Assembly (NCBI GenBank): GCA_964014485.1
Contig: CAXHAT010000115.1
Location: 1 to 25,711 of the forward strand
Origin: an uncultured Deferribacteres bacterium
GTDB lineage: Bacteria; Zhuqueibacterota; Zhuqueibacteria; Zhuqueibacterales; Geothermadaptataceae
Reading direction: 5' to 3'
Length of the DNA stretch: 25,711 bases
Part shown: one piece after another, positions 1-8,953 of the stretch
How the letters are laid out: every line of letters begins with the position of its first letter
Numbering within the stretch: position 1 is the stretch's first letter
Notes under the pieces: model-generated
Databases searched by the model: none
Told to the model about the DNA's origin: nothing
What the model saw: only the letters and a program-made list of their open reading frames with translations
Made by a program: the position numbers and the translations under genes

Positions 1-1266
1 TTGGAAGAGCGGGATTTGAAGCTTGAAAACTGTCGCGTCGAAAGCATTCAGCACAGCAAGGGGAGTCGTTGCAGAACGCTTTACCGCTTGAAATTTCGCC
101 GATCTACCGGCGAACGTTTTGAAAAGTGGTTTCATGGCAGAGCGCTCAAAAAGAAACGCGCCGAGCGCACCTATCATAAATCCCAAAGTGTGCATAATCC
201 GACGGACTTTTGGCCGCCCGTCAGTTATTGGCGCGATTGGAATTTCGTGCTCTGGGCTTTTCCGCACGACGCGGGAATGCCGAAGCTGCCGAAAGCCCTT
301 TCGCCGGAATTTATTCGCGCCGGACTGGATGCTAATGTCGAAGCCTTTCAGGAATTGAACAGCCCGAATTGGCGCTTCGCAAGCGTCGAGATTGACGAGA
401 TCAAGTACATGCCCGGAAAGCGTTGCGTTTTGCGCTACCGAACCGCTTTCAAAAATGAAATTGGCGAAAAAAAATCGTTTTCGTTTTATGGCAAGGCCTT
501 CGACGACAGCAGCAGCCAGTTCAAGTTTGAAACGCTGTGCGCGATTTACGAAAACTTTCGACACGTCGTCGAAATTCCGCGACCGCTTGCCCACATCCCG
601 GAAGCGAACTTGATCTGGCAGGAAGACTGGGGCGGCAAACCGCTGGACGAAGCGCTGCCGGAACTTGATTGGCCCGCCTTGTTCGTGAAATTAGGTGCGG
701 TTACCGCGAAATTGCACATGACGCCTTGCACGGAATTGCCGTGTTTAACGACGCCGAAAAGCTTTGTCCGCCGCATGAAGGAAGACGCTCTCGCTCTCGT
801 CTGGCGCTTGCCCGAGCATCGCGAATATTTCGAACAAGTTCATCAACGATTGAATGACGCGCACGAGACCATTGGTGCGGAAGGAGCGCCGCAGGCTCCC
901 ACGCATGGAGCATTGCGCGTTGAACAGTTTTTGGTGAAGGGAGAAACCTTGGCGCTGTTGGATTTTGATGAAGCCGAGCTTTGCGACCCTCACGCGGAAG
1001 TGGCTGAATTTATTGCGTCGCTTCGACATCTCGAATTTTTGAAAGGTTTAAATAGCGCTGATTTGGCGGCTGCGGCCAGCGCTTTCGAAGAAGGCTATTG
1101 CAAGCACGTCACGTGGCGCGTTGATCAGAGAAGAATTGCCTGGTATGCCGCCGCGTCCTGGCTGACAAAGATCAATGATTCCATAAAAAGTTTGACCCAT
1201 AACGCCAACGAAACGCTTGATTCGAAAATGCAATTGCTCGACGGCTGGTTGGCGAAACTTGGATAA
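1..1266 (+). CDS. APH/choline kinase-like phosphotransferase family protein, probable pseudokinase; may be 5'-truncated
   Basis: 421-aa ORF open from base 1 (TTG). C-terminal kinase motifs THGALRVEQF and LLDFD. Shares the KYxPGKxCV segment with ORF 2376-3386. Confidence 0.8.
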   Translation: MEERDLKLENCRVESIQHSKGSRCRTLYRLKFRRSTGERFEKWFHGRALKKKRAERTYHKSQSVHNPTDFWPPVSYWRDWNFVLWAFPHDAGMPKLPKALSPEFIRAGLDANVEAFQELNSPNWRFASVEIDEIKYMPGKRCVLRYRTAFKNEIGEKKSFSFYGKAFDDSSSQFKFETLCAIYENFRHVVEIPRPLAHIPEANLIWQEDWGGKPLDEALPELDWPALFVKLGAVTAKLHMTPCTELPCLTTPKSFVRRMKEDALALVWRLPEHREYFEQVHQRLNDAHETIGAEGAPQAPTHGALRVEQFLVKGETLALLDFDEAELCDPHAEVAEFIASLRHLEFLKGLNSADLAAAASAFEEGYCKHVTWRVDQRRIAWYAAASWLTKINDSIKSLTHNANETLDSKMQLLDGWLAKLG

Positions 1267-1470
1267 AAACCGTCGCACGATAACGAATTTGTTATCCGCA
1301 AAAGTTATTTCCGTTAACGGCGCATTTTGCGTTTAAGAAATCGTTATGGTTGTGCGCAGACGCGGGGGGAAAGCGGTATTTGGTTAGGATTGAAAGAATA
1401 GCCTCAAATAATAGCAGGGTCGGCCCAGCCGATCTGTAAAGTAGTACTTTTTCTCATGGAGGAAACTTCA

Positions 1471-1923
1471 ATGGACAACTTTAAAGAACTGCAAGTTGGT
1501 CAGTGGATCAAGGTTAAAGGCGCACCTGAAAACGGCGTTTTCTCAGCGCACGAAATCAAAATCAAGTCTGCCGGCGACGTCAGCGTCATGGAAGGCAAGC
1601 TTCAGGGCGTTGACTCGGAAAAGAACAGCGTTACCATGATGAGCCGCGAAATCGAATTGCCTGAAAACGTCGACGTTAAAAATGCAGACCGCGAGCCGGT
1701 TTCTCTCGGGGATTTAAAAGTCGGCGAGATCGCAAAGCTAAAAGGCGCTTTTAATGAAGCTGACGGCTTTAACGCTTTCAAAGTAAAGCTGCAGGAGCCA
1801 AAAGGCGTTGATTTGGAAGAATTGCAAGGCTTCATCGATCGCATGGACGAAGGCGAAAAAACGCTGTCCGTTCTCGGCTTGAACGTAAAGATCACCGATG
1901 AAACGGAAATCGAAGGATTCTAA
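1471..1923 (+). CDS. DUF5666-like protein (repeated small beta/OB-like domains), acidic
   Basis: Repeated 'L(Q/K)VGxxxKxKG...F.A..(I/V)K' and 'L.G.....D....V..' segments. Start moved from 1456 to ATG 1471 because of GGAGG at 1458-1462. Confidence 0.65.
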   Translation: MDNFKELQVGQWIKVKGAPENGVFSAHEIKIKSAGDVSVMEGKLQGVDSEKNSVTMMSREIELPENVDVKNADREPVSLGDLKVGEIAKLKGAFNEADGFNAFKVKLQEPKGVDLEELQGFIDRMDEGEKTLSVLGLNVKITDETEIEGF

Positions 1924-1950
1924 GCGGTTGACGGAATTGTAAATACTGGG

Positions 1951-1994
1951 CTGTAAACAGTAAGCTGTGGACAAAATCAGGTTACTGTTTACAG
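1951..1994. repeat. Inverted repeat built from heptamer units (minimal member of the 7-bp repeat family)
   Basis: CTGTAAACAGTAA (1951-1963) and TTACTGTTTACAG (1982-1994) form a perfect 13-bp inverted repeat, 27 bp after a stop codon. Confidence 0.8.
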
Positions 1995-2096
1995 TTCGTA
2001 ATTATTTATCCTGTCACGCTGGAAACGTCTTTTTTTGACCTCACTCCCTAACACTTTTTTGTAAACTGCATTTTCGAGCCGTCGAAAAGCCCCGTT

Positions 2097-2189
2097 TTGT
2101 CATTCTGGAGGAATCTTTGTTATCGCCCAGGACAGATCATGCCCAAAAGTTCAGGGGTTGGATCAAAAAAGATGCTTCCAGCATGACAA
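2097..2189. repeat. GTCAT-type REP-like inverted repeat doublet
   Basis: TTGTCATTCTGGAGGAATCTTT (2097-2118) and AAAGATGCTTCCAGCATGACAA (2168-2189) are 19/22 complementary. Confidence 0.7.
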
Positions 2190-2375
2190 TTCCGGCCTCT
2201 TTCGCCAGCTTTGGAAGCCTATAGAAAAGTGTCAGGTAGTGAATTTTTTGACCTTTACCCTGATCGTTCCAATAGTGCTGCACTTGCGATTAGGGAAGAT
2301 TTTGCTCTGTCGGGCTTCGGCTTTTCAAAATGACAAGCCTGACTGATGACGGGTGTTCACAATTCGTAGAGCGGG

Positions 2376-3386
2376 ATGCATGATCGTCTAATGGAAATGC
2401 TGGAGAAAATCGAAGTCGACCCTAACGCAGACAGGAAGCTTCCAGGTTTGCGCATTGCGCTTGACAACGCCGCCGTTCGCGACACGCTTGCCGCGACATG
2501 TTTTACTAACGGCGTGCGTTTGGAAAAAGTGCAGAGCCGGGTTCTCAAGTACAAGCCCGGGAAAACCTGCGTGATCGCTTATTCGTGTTCGCCCGATGCT
2601 CCCGAAGCGTCGCCGATTGAAATTATCGGCAAAATGTATCGCAAATCGCGGGGCGAAGACATTGCCAGAAGGGTGGAGCGTCTTTGGCGGTCTACGCTCA
2701 ACGTAAACGGCGGTCCGTCTCTGCAAATACCTGAACCTTTGGGCTACGCCGCCAAAACCGGTCTCGTGTTTCAGCGCAGAGCTTCCGGGCGGGTATTGAC
2801 GGAATTTGGCCCTGAAGAAGACGTTGAAAAAGCGATTCTATGGTCGGCCCGGAATCTCGCGGCTTTACATTTAACAAACGTGATCGGTCTGCCGCCGAAA
2901 ACGATGCGGGATCATATCGATAAGCTCTGCCACCCCGGCCCGCAAAAGCTTTGTAAAGCGGCGCCGGAAACTTCGCCTTTGGTTCGCGCTATCCTGACCG
3001 CATTGGAAGATGAGCGCCGCTTGGCCAACTTGTGGTTGTGCCCTGTTCACGGCGATATGAACTTGTCGCAGATCATCGTTCAAGAGCGGAACGTCTGTTT
3101 CATCGATTTTGACGGTCTCTGCCTTTCACACCCGGCGCTGGACGTCGGCAATTTTATCGTCACCATAAAAGTCAAGTTTCCGGAAGTCGGGGAAAAATTG
3201 GCGGAAACGTTTTTGTCGGCTTATTTGGAGCAACGAAATATCGAACGAGTTGCAGGACTTCATCTCTACATGGCTCTCGCATATCTCAGGCGGGCGATGA
3301 TTCAATTCCGCTCGCGGAAAAGTACCTGGCTAAAAGACGCGGTCAAGTTACTGCAGTCAGGGAAATCATGCCTTGAAAGTGTGTAA
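2376..3386 (+). CDS. APH/choline kinase-like phosphotransferase family protein
   Basis: 336 aa with VHGDMNLSQI catalytic loop, FIDFD metal-binding loop, HPALDVG segment and IIGKMY ATP-binding Lys. Confidence 0.85.
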   Translation: MHDRLMEMLEKIEVDPNADRKLPGLRIALDNAAVRDTLAATCFTNGVRLEKVQSRVLKYKPGKTCVIAYSCSPDAPEASPIEIIGKMYRKSRGEDIARRVERLWRSTLNVNGGPSLQIPEPLGYAAKTGLVFQRRASGRVLTEFGPEEDVEKAILWSARNLAALHLTNVIGLPPKTMRDHIDKLCHPGPQKLCKAAPETSPLVRAILTALEDERRLANLWLCPVHGDMNLSQIIVQERNVCFIDFDGLCLSHPALDVGNFIVTIKVKFPEVGEKLAETFLSAYLEQRNIERVAGLHLYMALAYLRRAMIQFRSRKSTWLKDAVKLLQSGKSCLESV

Positions 3387-3583
3387 TCGCGTGTAAACAA
3401 CCGTCACATTTTTGATGCTGTTGAGCATCGCTTGTTAGCGCCGGAAACGGCTGCGGACAAATTTTCATTTTTTCAAAAACATCACATCGAATCGTTTGGC
3501 CGGATTCCGCTGCGAAATGTTTGGTTGAGCAGCCAAAGACCGGCAAACGTGAGGGAATGACGCCATAAGGATTTTGAAACGGA

Positions 3584-5659
3584 ATGGGAAAAAACAGGAA
3601 AAGACGAGGGCGCAAGCCTTCGCCTGCAAAAGGAAAGAAGCGGAGGGAGCCGCGTTTAGCTGAAGAGCAAGCGGCGCAGACACAGCAGGCGGCGCGGCCA
3701 AATAAAGCCGAGGAAGAACCGAAAAAAACGGACGCAAAAAGCAACGGCACGCTCAACAGCGAGACCGATTTGCGCCTGATGCAATTCCCGGAGGACGACA
3801 AGTTCGATTTGAAAGTCGTTTGGCGCGTTTTCAGGGTTTTTGGCAGGCACTATAAGCCATACATCAAAACGCTGATTTTCGCCTTCTCCTGTTTGTTCGG
3901 GACGGTCGCCGTCGGCGCGGTCTCCTCCTGGCCGCTGAAGCTGATCATCGATCAGGTCATTTTGCAGGAAGCCCTGCCGGAAGGATTCACATTTCTCGCG
4001 CCGCTTTTGACCATTGAAGCGTCGACGCTTTTGCTCATACTTGCGATTTCCATTGTCGTGCTCAAATTGATCGAAGCGATCGTTTCTTTTCTCAACAAAT
4101 ATCTCGTTTCAGCCACCGGCGACCGAATGCAGGCGGACATTCGCGACCGCGTTTTCGCCCATTTGCAGCGACTGTCGCTCTCTTTCCACGAGTCGATTCG
4201 CTCCGGAAACATGATTTTTCTCATGACGGCTGACGTTGACAAAATGAAGACGATTCTCGTCAACCTGCCGCAGGATTTTCTGCACAGAACGCTGACGATC
4301 ATCATTTCAATCACCTTCATGGCGATTCTCGATTGGCGGCTCTGCTTGATGGGGTTGGCCGCCGTACCGTTTATCTACTTGACCACAGTTCTGCTTGGCA
4401 AAAGTATGCGCAACGCCATGCGCAAACGAAGAATGCAGGAAGGTCAGGTCGCATCAGTGGTTGCCGAAAACGCGACTTCGATGGCGCTGGTCAAAGCCTA
4501 TGGGCGTGAAAAAACCGAGATGGGGCGCTTCAATCGGGAAAACCGCGAAAGCCTTGAAGCGCAAGTGCGTTTTCTCAAAGTGGGCCGCGCCTTCAGCCGA
4601 ACCATCGATATTTTCACCATCGCCAGCATGACCGCCATTCTTTATTTCGGCGGCAAGTACGCGCTAGGGCACGCGATTACACCCGGCGTACTCGTGTTGA
4701 TGACGGTTTATCTGAAAGAGATTCACGGCGCAGTAGAAAAACTAAGCGTTTTCTTTTTTGATCTCATCGCCGCGCAAGCTTCAGCGGAACGTTTGTTGGG
4801 CCTGGCGGAGAATGACATGATTCTGGAAGACAGGCCGGACGCCGCTGATATTGAGCAAGTGAAGGGCAAAATCGAGTTCAAAAACGTTTCTTTTTCTTAT
4901 GACAAAAAAACGCCGGTGCTTGACAATGTGAGTTTTACGATTAACGCCGGGGAGACAATTGCGCTCATGGGGCCGAGCGGCGCGGGCAAGTCGACGCTCA
5001 TAAGTTTGCTCATGCGCTTCTATGATCCCGACGAAGGAGAGATTTACCTGGACGGCAGAGATATTCGAGAATTTACCATAAAATCTCTGCGCGACCAAAT
5101 GACGATTCTCATGCAAGACGCAAAGCTTTTTCAGCAGAGCGTGCGAGAAAATATTGCTTTCGGTAAAGCGGGCGCAACGGAAGAAGAAGTGATTGCGGCG
5201 GCGAAAAAAGCCGAAGCGGATGAGTTCATTTTGAAGATGAAAAACGGCTACAAGACGTTCATGTTTGAAGGCGGAGAAAACCTTTCCGGCGGCCAGAAGC
5301 AGCGCATAAACATTGCCCGCGCGATTATCCGTGACACGCCGCTGGTCATTCTCGACGAGCCCGCGACCGGCGTGGACGCTTTTACGGAAGAGCGCATCAA
5401 CGCGGCGCTGGAACATTTGACTGAAAAAAAGACGGCTTTCGTTATTGCCCACAAGTTTGCAACCGTGGCCGGCGCCGACAAGATTCTCTTTCTCAAGGAC
5501 AGCGCCGTCGCCGGTTTTGGCACGCATGACAAGCTTTTGAAGAGCAACCCGGACTATCTGGAATTGTTCGAAGCGCAATTTGAATGGCAAAAATCTTTGG
5601 AAAACGGCCAGACTGTGGTTAACGGCAAGACAACGGATTCGACGATGGAGACGGTGTGA
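3584..5659 (+). CDS. ABC exporter, fused permease and ATP-binding domains (MsbA-like, type IV)
   Basis: N-terminal TM helices, Walker A GPSGAGKS, Q-loop, LSGGQ signature, Walker B ILDE, H-loop AHK. Confidence 0.95.
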   Translation: MGKNRKRRGRKPSPAKGKKRREPRLAEEQAAQTQQAARPNKAEEEPKKTDAKSNGTLNSETDLRLMQFPEDDKFDLKVVWRVFRVFGRHYKPYIKTLIFAFSCLFGTVAVGAVSSWPLKLIIDQVILQEALPEGFTFLAPLLTIEASTLLLILAISIVVLKLIEAIVSFLNKYLVSATGDRMQADIRDRVFAHLQRLSLSFHESIRSGNMIFLMTADVDKMKTILVNLPQDFLHRTLTIIISITFMAILDWRLCLMGLAAVPFIYLTTVLLGKSMRNAMRKRRMQEGQVASVVAENATSMALVKAYGREKTEMGRFNRENRESLEAQVRFLKVGRAFSRTIDIFTIASMTAILYFGGKYALGHAITPGVLVLMTVYLKEIHGAVEKLSVFFFDLIAAQASAERLLGLAENDMILEDRPDAADIEQVKGKIEFKNVSFSYDKKTPVLDNVSFTINAGETIALMGPSGAGKSTLISLLMRFYDPDEGEIYLDGRDIREFTIKSLRDQMTILMQDAKLFQQSVRENIAFGKAGATEEEVIAAAKKAEADEFILKMKNGYKTFMFEGGENLSGGQKQRINIARAIIRDTPLVILDEPATGVDAFTEERINAALEHLTEKKTAFVIAHKFATVAGADKILFLKDSAVAGFGTHDKLLKSNPDYLELFEAQFEWQKSLENGQTVVNGKTTDSTMETV

Positions 5660-7566
5660 TGGGCAAGAAAGATAAAGCAACGAAAAAAGGAAAACAAGCG
5701 CAGGTCCCGCTGGATTCGGCGCATATCAGCCTCAAAGTTTTAGCCAGAATTTATAAGCTGTTTCTGCCGCACTATAAAAGCCAGTGGAAGCGGTTGACGT
5801 TGTCGTATTCAGCGATGGCGATAACGATGACTTTTGGCGCATTGGCCGCCTGGCCGCTGAAGCTCATTATCGATCACGTCATTCTCGCAAATCCACTGCC
5901 GCCGAAGTTCAACTTTCTGACGGACTACATGCAGAGCACGGAACCCGCTGATCTGCTGCTGGTCTTTGCCGCCGCTTTTTTCATTCTTCGCGTGGCGAAC
6001 ACGTTTCTTTCGTACGTGCATAAGATCGGCTTGAGCATCGCGGGCAGCCATATGCTCGCGGATTTTCGCGAACGGGTTTTCGGGCATTTACAGCGACTCT
6101 CGCTTTCCTTCCACAAATCCTGGCGCTCGGGCGATATTGTCTATCGCATGACGACGGACATTAACGAAATCAAAACGATTCTCTTGCAAGTGCCGCAACA
6201 CAGCTTTCAGCGCCTGTTTTCGATTTTTCTTTACATCACTTTGATGCTTTTTATCGATTGGGAGCTTGCGCTGATCTCCTTTTCAATCATCCCGATTATT
6301 TGGCTCGCCAATCGCAAGTTTGGCACGGGCATGAAAAAGGCGACCAAGAAAAAGAAAAAGAAGCAGAGCGACATGTCTTCGATGATCGCGGATAATATCA
6401 CGGCCATGGCGCTGGTTCAGGCGTACGGGCGGGAAGATATGCAGCATCGCTTGTTTGCGGCGGTGAACAAAAAATCGATGCAATCCGGCGTCAAGGCGAT
6501 TAAGCTTTCGAAGATTTTTAAACGTCTAAACGGTCTGCTGATTTCGCTGGGCATGGCGCTCGTCGTGTACTTTGGCGGCCTTCTGGTGCTCGATGAAACG
6601 CTGCTGCCCGGGACGCTGGTGTTGTTCACCACCTATCTCAAAAATCTCTACGGGCCGTTGGATAAGTTCTCCGAACTGATTTTCAAAATCGCCAAATCAC
6701 AAGTCGCCGGCGAACGCATGGTAGAGTTGATGGACAATGAGATGGTCATGGAAGACGATCCTGACGCGAAGGATGCGCCGGATTTTCGCGGTGAAGTTGA
6801 GTTCGACAACGTTGCTTTTGCCTACAAGGACAAGACGGTTTTTGAGAACCTGTCGCTTCACGTTAAGGCCGGCGAAAAAATCGCCATTGTCGGGCAGAGC
6901 GGGGCGGGCAAGTCGACGCTGGTGAGCTTGCTGCTGCGATTCTATGATCCAAAGGCAGGAGAGATTCGATTCGACGGAGAGAACCTGCGCAAATTCAAGC
7001 TGAATTCTTTGCGCGACAAGGTCACTATTCTCATGCAGGACGCGACGCTTTTTAACCAAACCATCGCTTATAACATCGGCTTTGGTAAAGAAAACGCGAC
7101 GCGGGAAGAGATCGTTCGTGCGGCAAAAATGGCGCGGGCGCACGATTTTATCGAATCGCTGCCCGACGGGTACGACACGATGATTTCCGAAGGCGGCGAC
7201 AATCTTTCCGGCGGGCAGAAGCAACGCCTGAATATTGCGCGCGCCATCATTCGCGATACGTCAATCGTCGTTCTCGACGAACCGACGACCGCACTTGACG
7301 CCAAGACCGAGAAAGAATTGGACAAGGCGTTGAAAGCGTTGACCGATAACCGCACCACGTTTGTTATCGCTCATAAATTCGCTTCAATCAAAGACGTTGA
7401 CCGGATCATTGTTCTGGAAGAAGACCATGCGCCGATGTTCGGCACGCACAATGAACTTATGACTTCGAGCGCCGAATACAAAAAGTTGTTCGACGTGCAA
7501 GCCAAAATGCACACTGATTTTATAGAGAAAAACAGGCAGCGTGCTCAAAAGGCGGCGTCTGTTTGA
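5659..7566 (+). CDS. ABC exporter, fused permease and ATP-binding domains; paralog and probable partner of the upstream gene
   Basis: GQSGAGKS, LSGGQ, VLDE, AHK. TGATG stop/start overlap with the upstream gene; GGAG at 5647-5650. Confidence 0.95.
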   Translation: MGKKDKATKKGKQAQVPLDSAHISLKVLARIYKLFLPHYKSQWKRLTLSYSAMAITMTFGALAAWPLKLIIDHVILANPLPPKFNFLTDYMQSTEPADLLLVFAAAFFILRVANTFLSYVHKIGLSIAGSHMLADFRERVFGHLQRLSLSFHKSWRSGDIVYRMTTDINEIKTILLQVPQHSFQRLFSIFLYITLMLFIDWELALISFSIIPIIWLANRKFGTGMKKATKKKKKKQSDMSSMIADNITAMALVQAYGREDMQHRLFAAVNKKSMQSGVKAIKLSKIFKRLNGLLISLGMALVVYFGGLLVLDETLLPGTLVLFTTYLKNLYGPLDKFSELIFKIAKSQVAGERMVELMDNEMVMEDDPDAKDAPDFRGEVEFDNVAFAYKDKTVFENLSLHVKAGEKIAIVGQSGAGKSTLVSLLLRFYDPKAGEIRFDGENLRKFKLNSLRDKVTILMQDATLFNQTIAYNIGFGKENATREEIVRAAKMARAHDFIESLPDGYDTMISEGGDNLSGGQKQRLNIARAIIRDTSIVVLDEPTTALDAKTEKELDKALKALTDNRTTFVIAHKFASIKDVDRIIVLEEDHAPMFGTHNELMTSSAEYKKLFDVQAKMHTDFIEKNRQRAQKAASV

Positions 7567-7634
7567 ACCGACGGCGGTTGGCGAACGATCGGCAGTACAA
7601 CAAGGTGAAGTTTGCTTCAAAATGTTTGGCAAGA

Positions 7635-7727
7635 ACAAGCTAAAGCTTGAACTACAAACGACAATGCGATTTGCTAATTCTGAGCGTAAGGAAAGCTCAG
7701 TCGTTTGTAGTTCAGCCTTTAGGTTGT
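7635..7727. repeat. GTAG-family REP doublet (REPIN-like inverted repeat)
   Basis: ACAAGCTAAAGCTTGAACTACAAACGAC (7635-7662) and GTCGTTTGTAGTTCAGCCTTTAGGTTGT (7700-7727) are 25/28 complementary. Each arm has GTAG followed by a short palindrome. Confidence 0.75.
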
Positions 7728-7903
7728 CTCTGATGCGCCGCTTTGTACTGATTCGACGCCATTGTGCAACAGTATTTTTTCGTGAAATATTTGTCTGGAA
7801 TGAGGCGTTTTTGGGGCTGCAAGTCTCGCGTTGCTCAAGAATGCGAAAGCCCACTTAGATTTATGTTGAATCAGTTATTCTAAACGCAATACCAGGAGCA
7901 ACT

Positions 7904-8953
7904 ATGGCGAACAAGGACAAAAAGCGGGCGAAGAAACTGCGCAAGATGCGACCTGAGGGCAAAGAAGCGGTTAAAAATAAGAAGATCGTCGAGCCCATTC
8001 CCGGCATGTTGATCAGGCAGGGCCATCGACATGACCATCACATCCCCTTGACCGAACCCAACTGGGTGACGGTGGAAAACGCCGAGAATATGCGCCCCGA
8101 TGATCCGGTTTTGGGCTTTCACGTCAAGGATCAAAGCTATGCGATTCCCTGGTGGGTGATTAAAAATCATCATGTTGCCAACTTGACTTTGCAAAAAACG
8201 CCGGTTTTTATCGCCTTGTGCGAAGCCTGCTCGAGTTCGTGCGCTTACATCGCGCTGATCGACGACAAACGTCTGAATTTCGAAGTCGCCGGAGCGTACA
8301 AAGGCACGTTCGTGGTCAAAGACTATGAGACCGAAAGTATCTGGGCGCCGTTTCTTGGCGAGTCGCTTGTTGGCGAGCTGAAAGGCAAAAAGCTGGAACA
8401 ATTCCCTATCTACCAATCCGAGTGGCAAGAATGGTCACAGCTTTATCCCAAGACTCTGGTTCCCGACGGCGAAGGCGAATCTCGCGACGGCCACGGTTGG
8501 GATCGTTCGCCCGGTTCCTATGAAAATCCGGACGGCGTTCGGGGCACGCTCAAGCATCGCGACGAAAGATTGCCGCACAGCGAACTGGTGCTTGGCGTCC
8601 ACGTGAACGGCGATGAAATTGCGTTTCCATTGAAAGACCTGCCTCAAGATCAAACCGTGGTAAGTCAAACCATCGGCCGTGAAAACGTTGCGGTCTTTTA
8701 CCGCCCCAACAGTTGGATGGCTATGGCGTTTTTTGGAAAATTGAACGGAGAGACGCTTGAATTTACAAATGACGCCGGCAAAATTATCGACGCCAAAACC
8801 GGCAGTTCGTGGGATATGAAGGGCGAATGCGTCGAGGGCGAGCACGTTGGAAAAAAGCTGACTTTTGCACAGTCCGGCATCGAAGAGTGGCATATTTGGG
8901 CCTCCTATCACCCGGAAACAAAAATCTTTGAATCGACTGCAGGAAATTCGTGA
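7904..8953 (+). CDS. DUF3179 domain protein with CxxC motif
   Basis: HHVAN...LCEACSS, DYETESIW, D.RLP..ELVLGV, D..TGSSW pattern. RBS AGGAG upstream. Confidence 0.8.
   Translation: MANKDKKRAKKLRKMRPEGKEAVKNKKIVEPIPGMLIRQGHRHDHHIPLTEPNWVTVENAENMRPDDPVLGFHVKDQSYAIPWWVIKNHHVANLTLQKTPVFIALCEACSSSCAYIALIDDKRLNFEVAGAYKGTFVVKDYETESIWAPFLGESLVGELKGKKLEQFPIYQSEWQEWSQLYPKTLVPDGEGESRDGHGWDRSPGSYENPDGVRGTLKHRDERLPHSELVLGVHVNGDEIAFPLKDLPQDQTVVSQTIGRENVAVFYRPNSWMAMAFFGKLNGETLEFTNDAGKIIDAKTGSSWDMKGECVEGEHVGKKLTFAQSGIEEWHIWASYHPETKIFESTAGNS

Noticed and set aside
1267..1455. Short palindromes here (GATAAC/GTTATC, CCGTTAACGG) and hairpins in 3387-3583 as a riboswitch, ncRNA or terminator
   Set aside because: No known RNA family consensus was recognised and no convincing stem plus U-tract is present. 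An Rfam search would be needed.
1..3386. Aminoglycoside resistance genes
   Set aside because: Only fold-level similarity. The catalytic loops are atypical and there is no resistance-cassette context.
4781..5680. 299-aa minus-strand ORF
   Set aside because: Antisense shadow of the ABC ATPase domain with no recognisable motif.
7541..7858. 105-aa ORF in the ABC-DUF3179 gap
   Set aside because: It overlaps the ABC 3' end, runs through the REP doublet, and lacks an RBS or protein-like motif.
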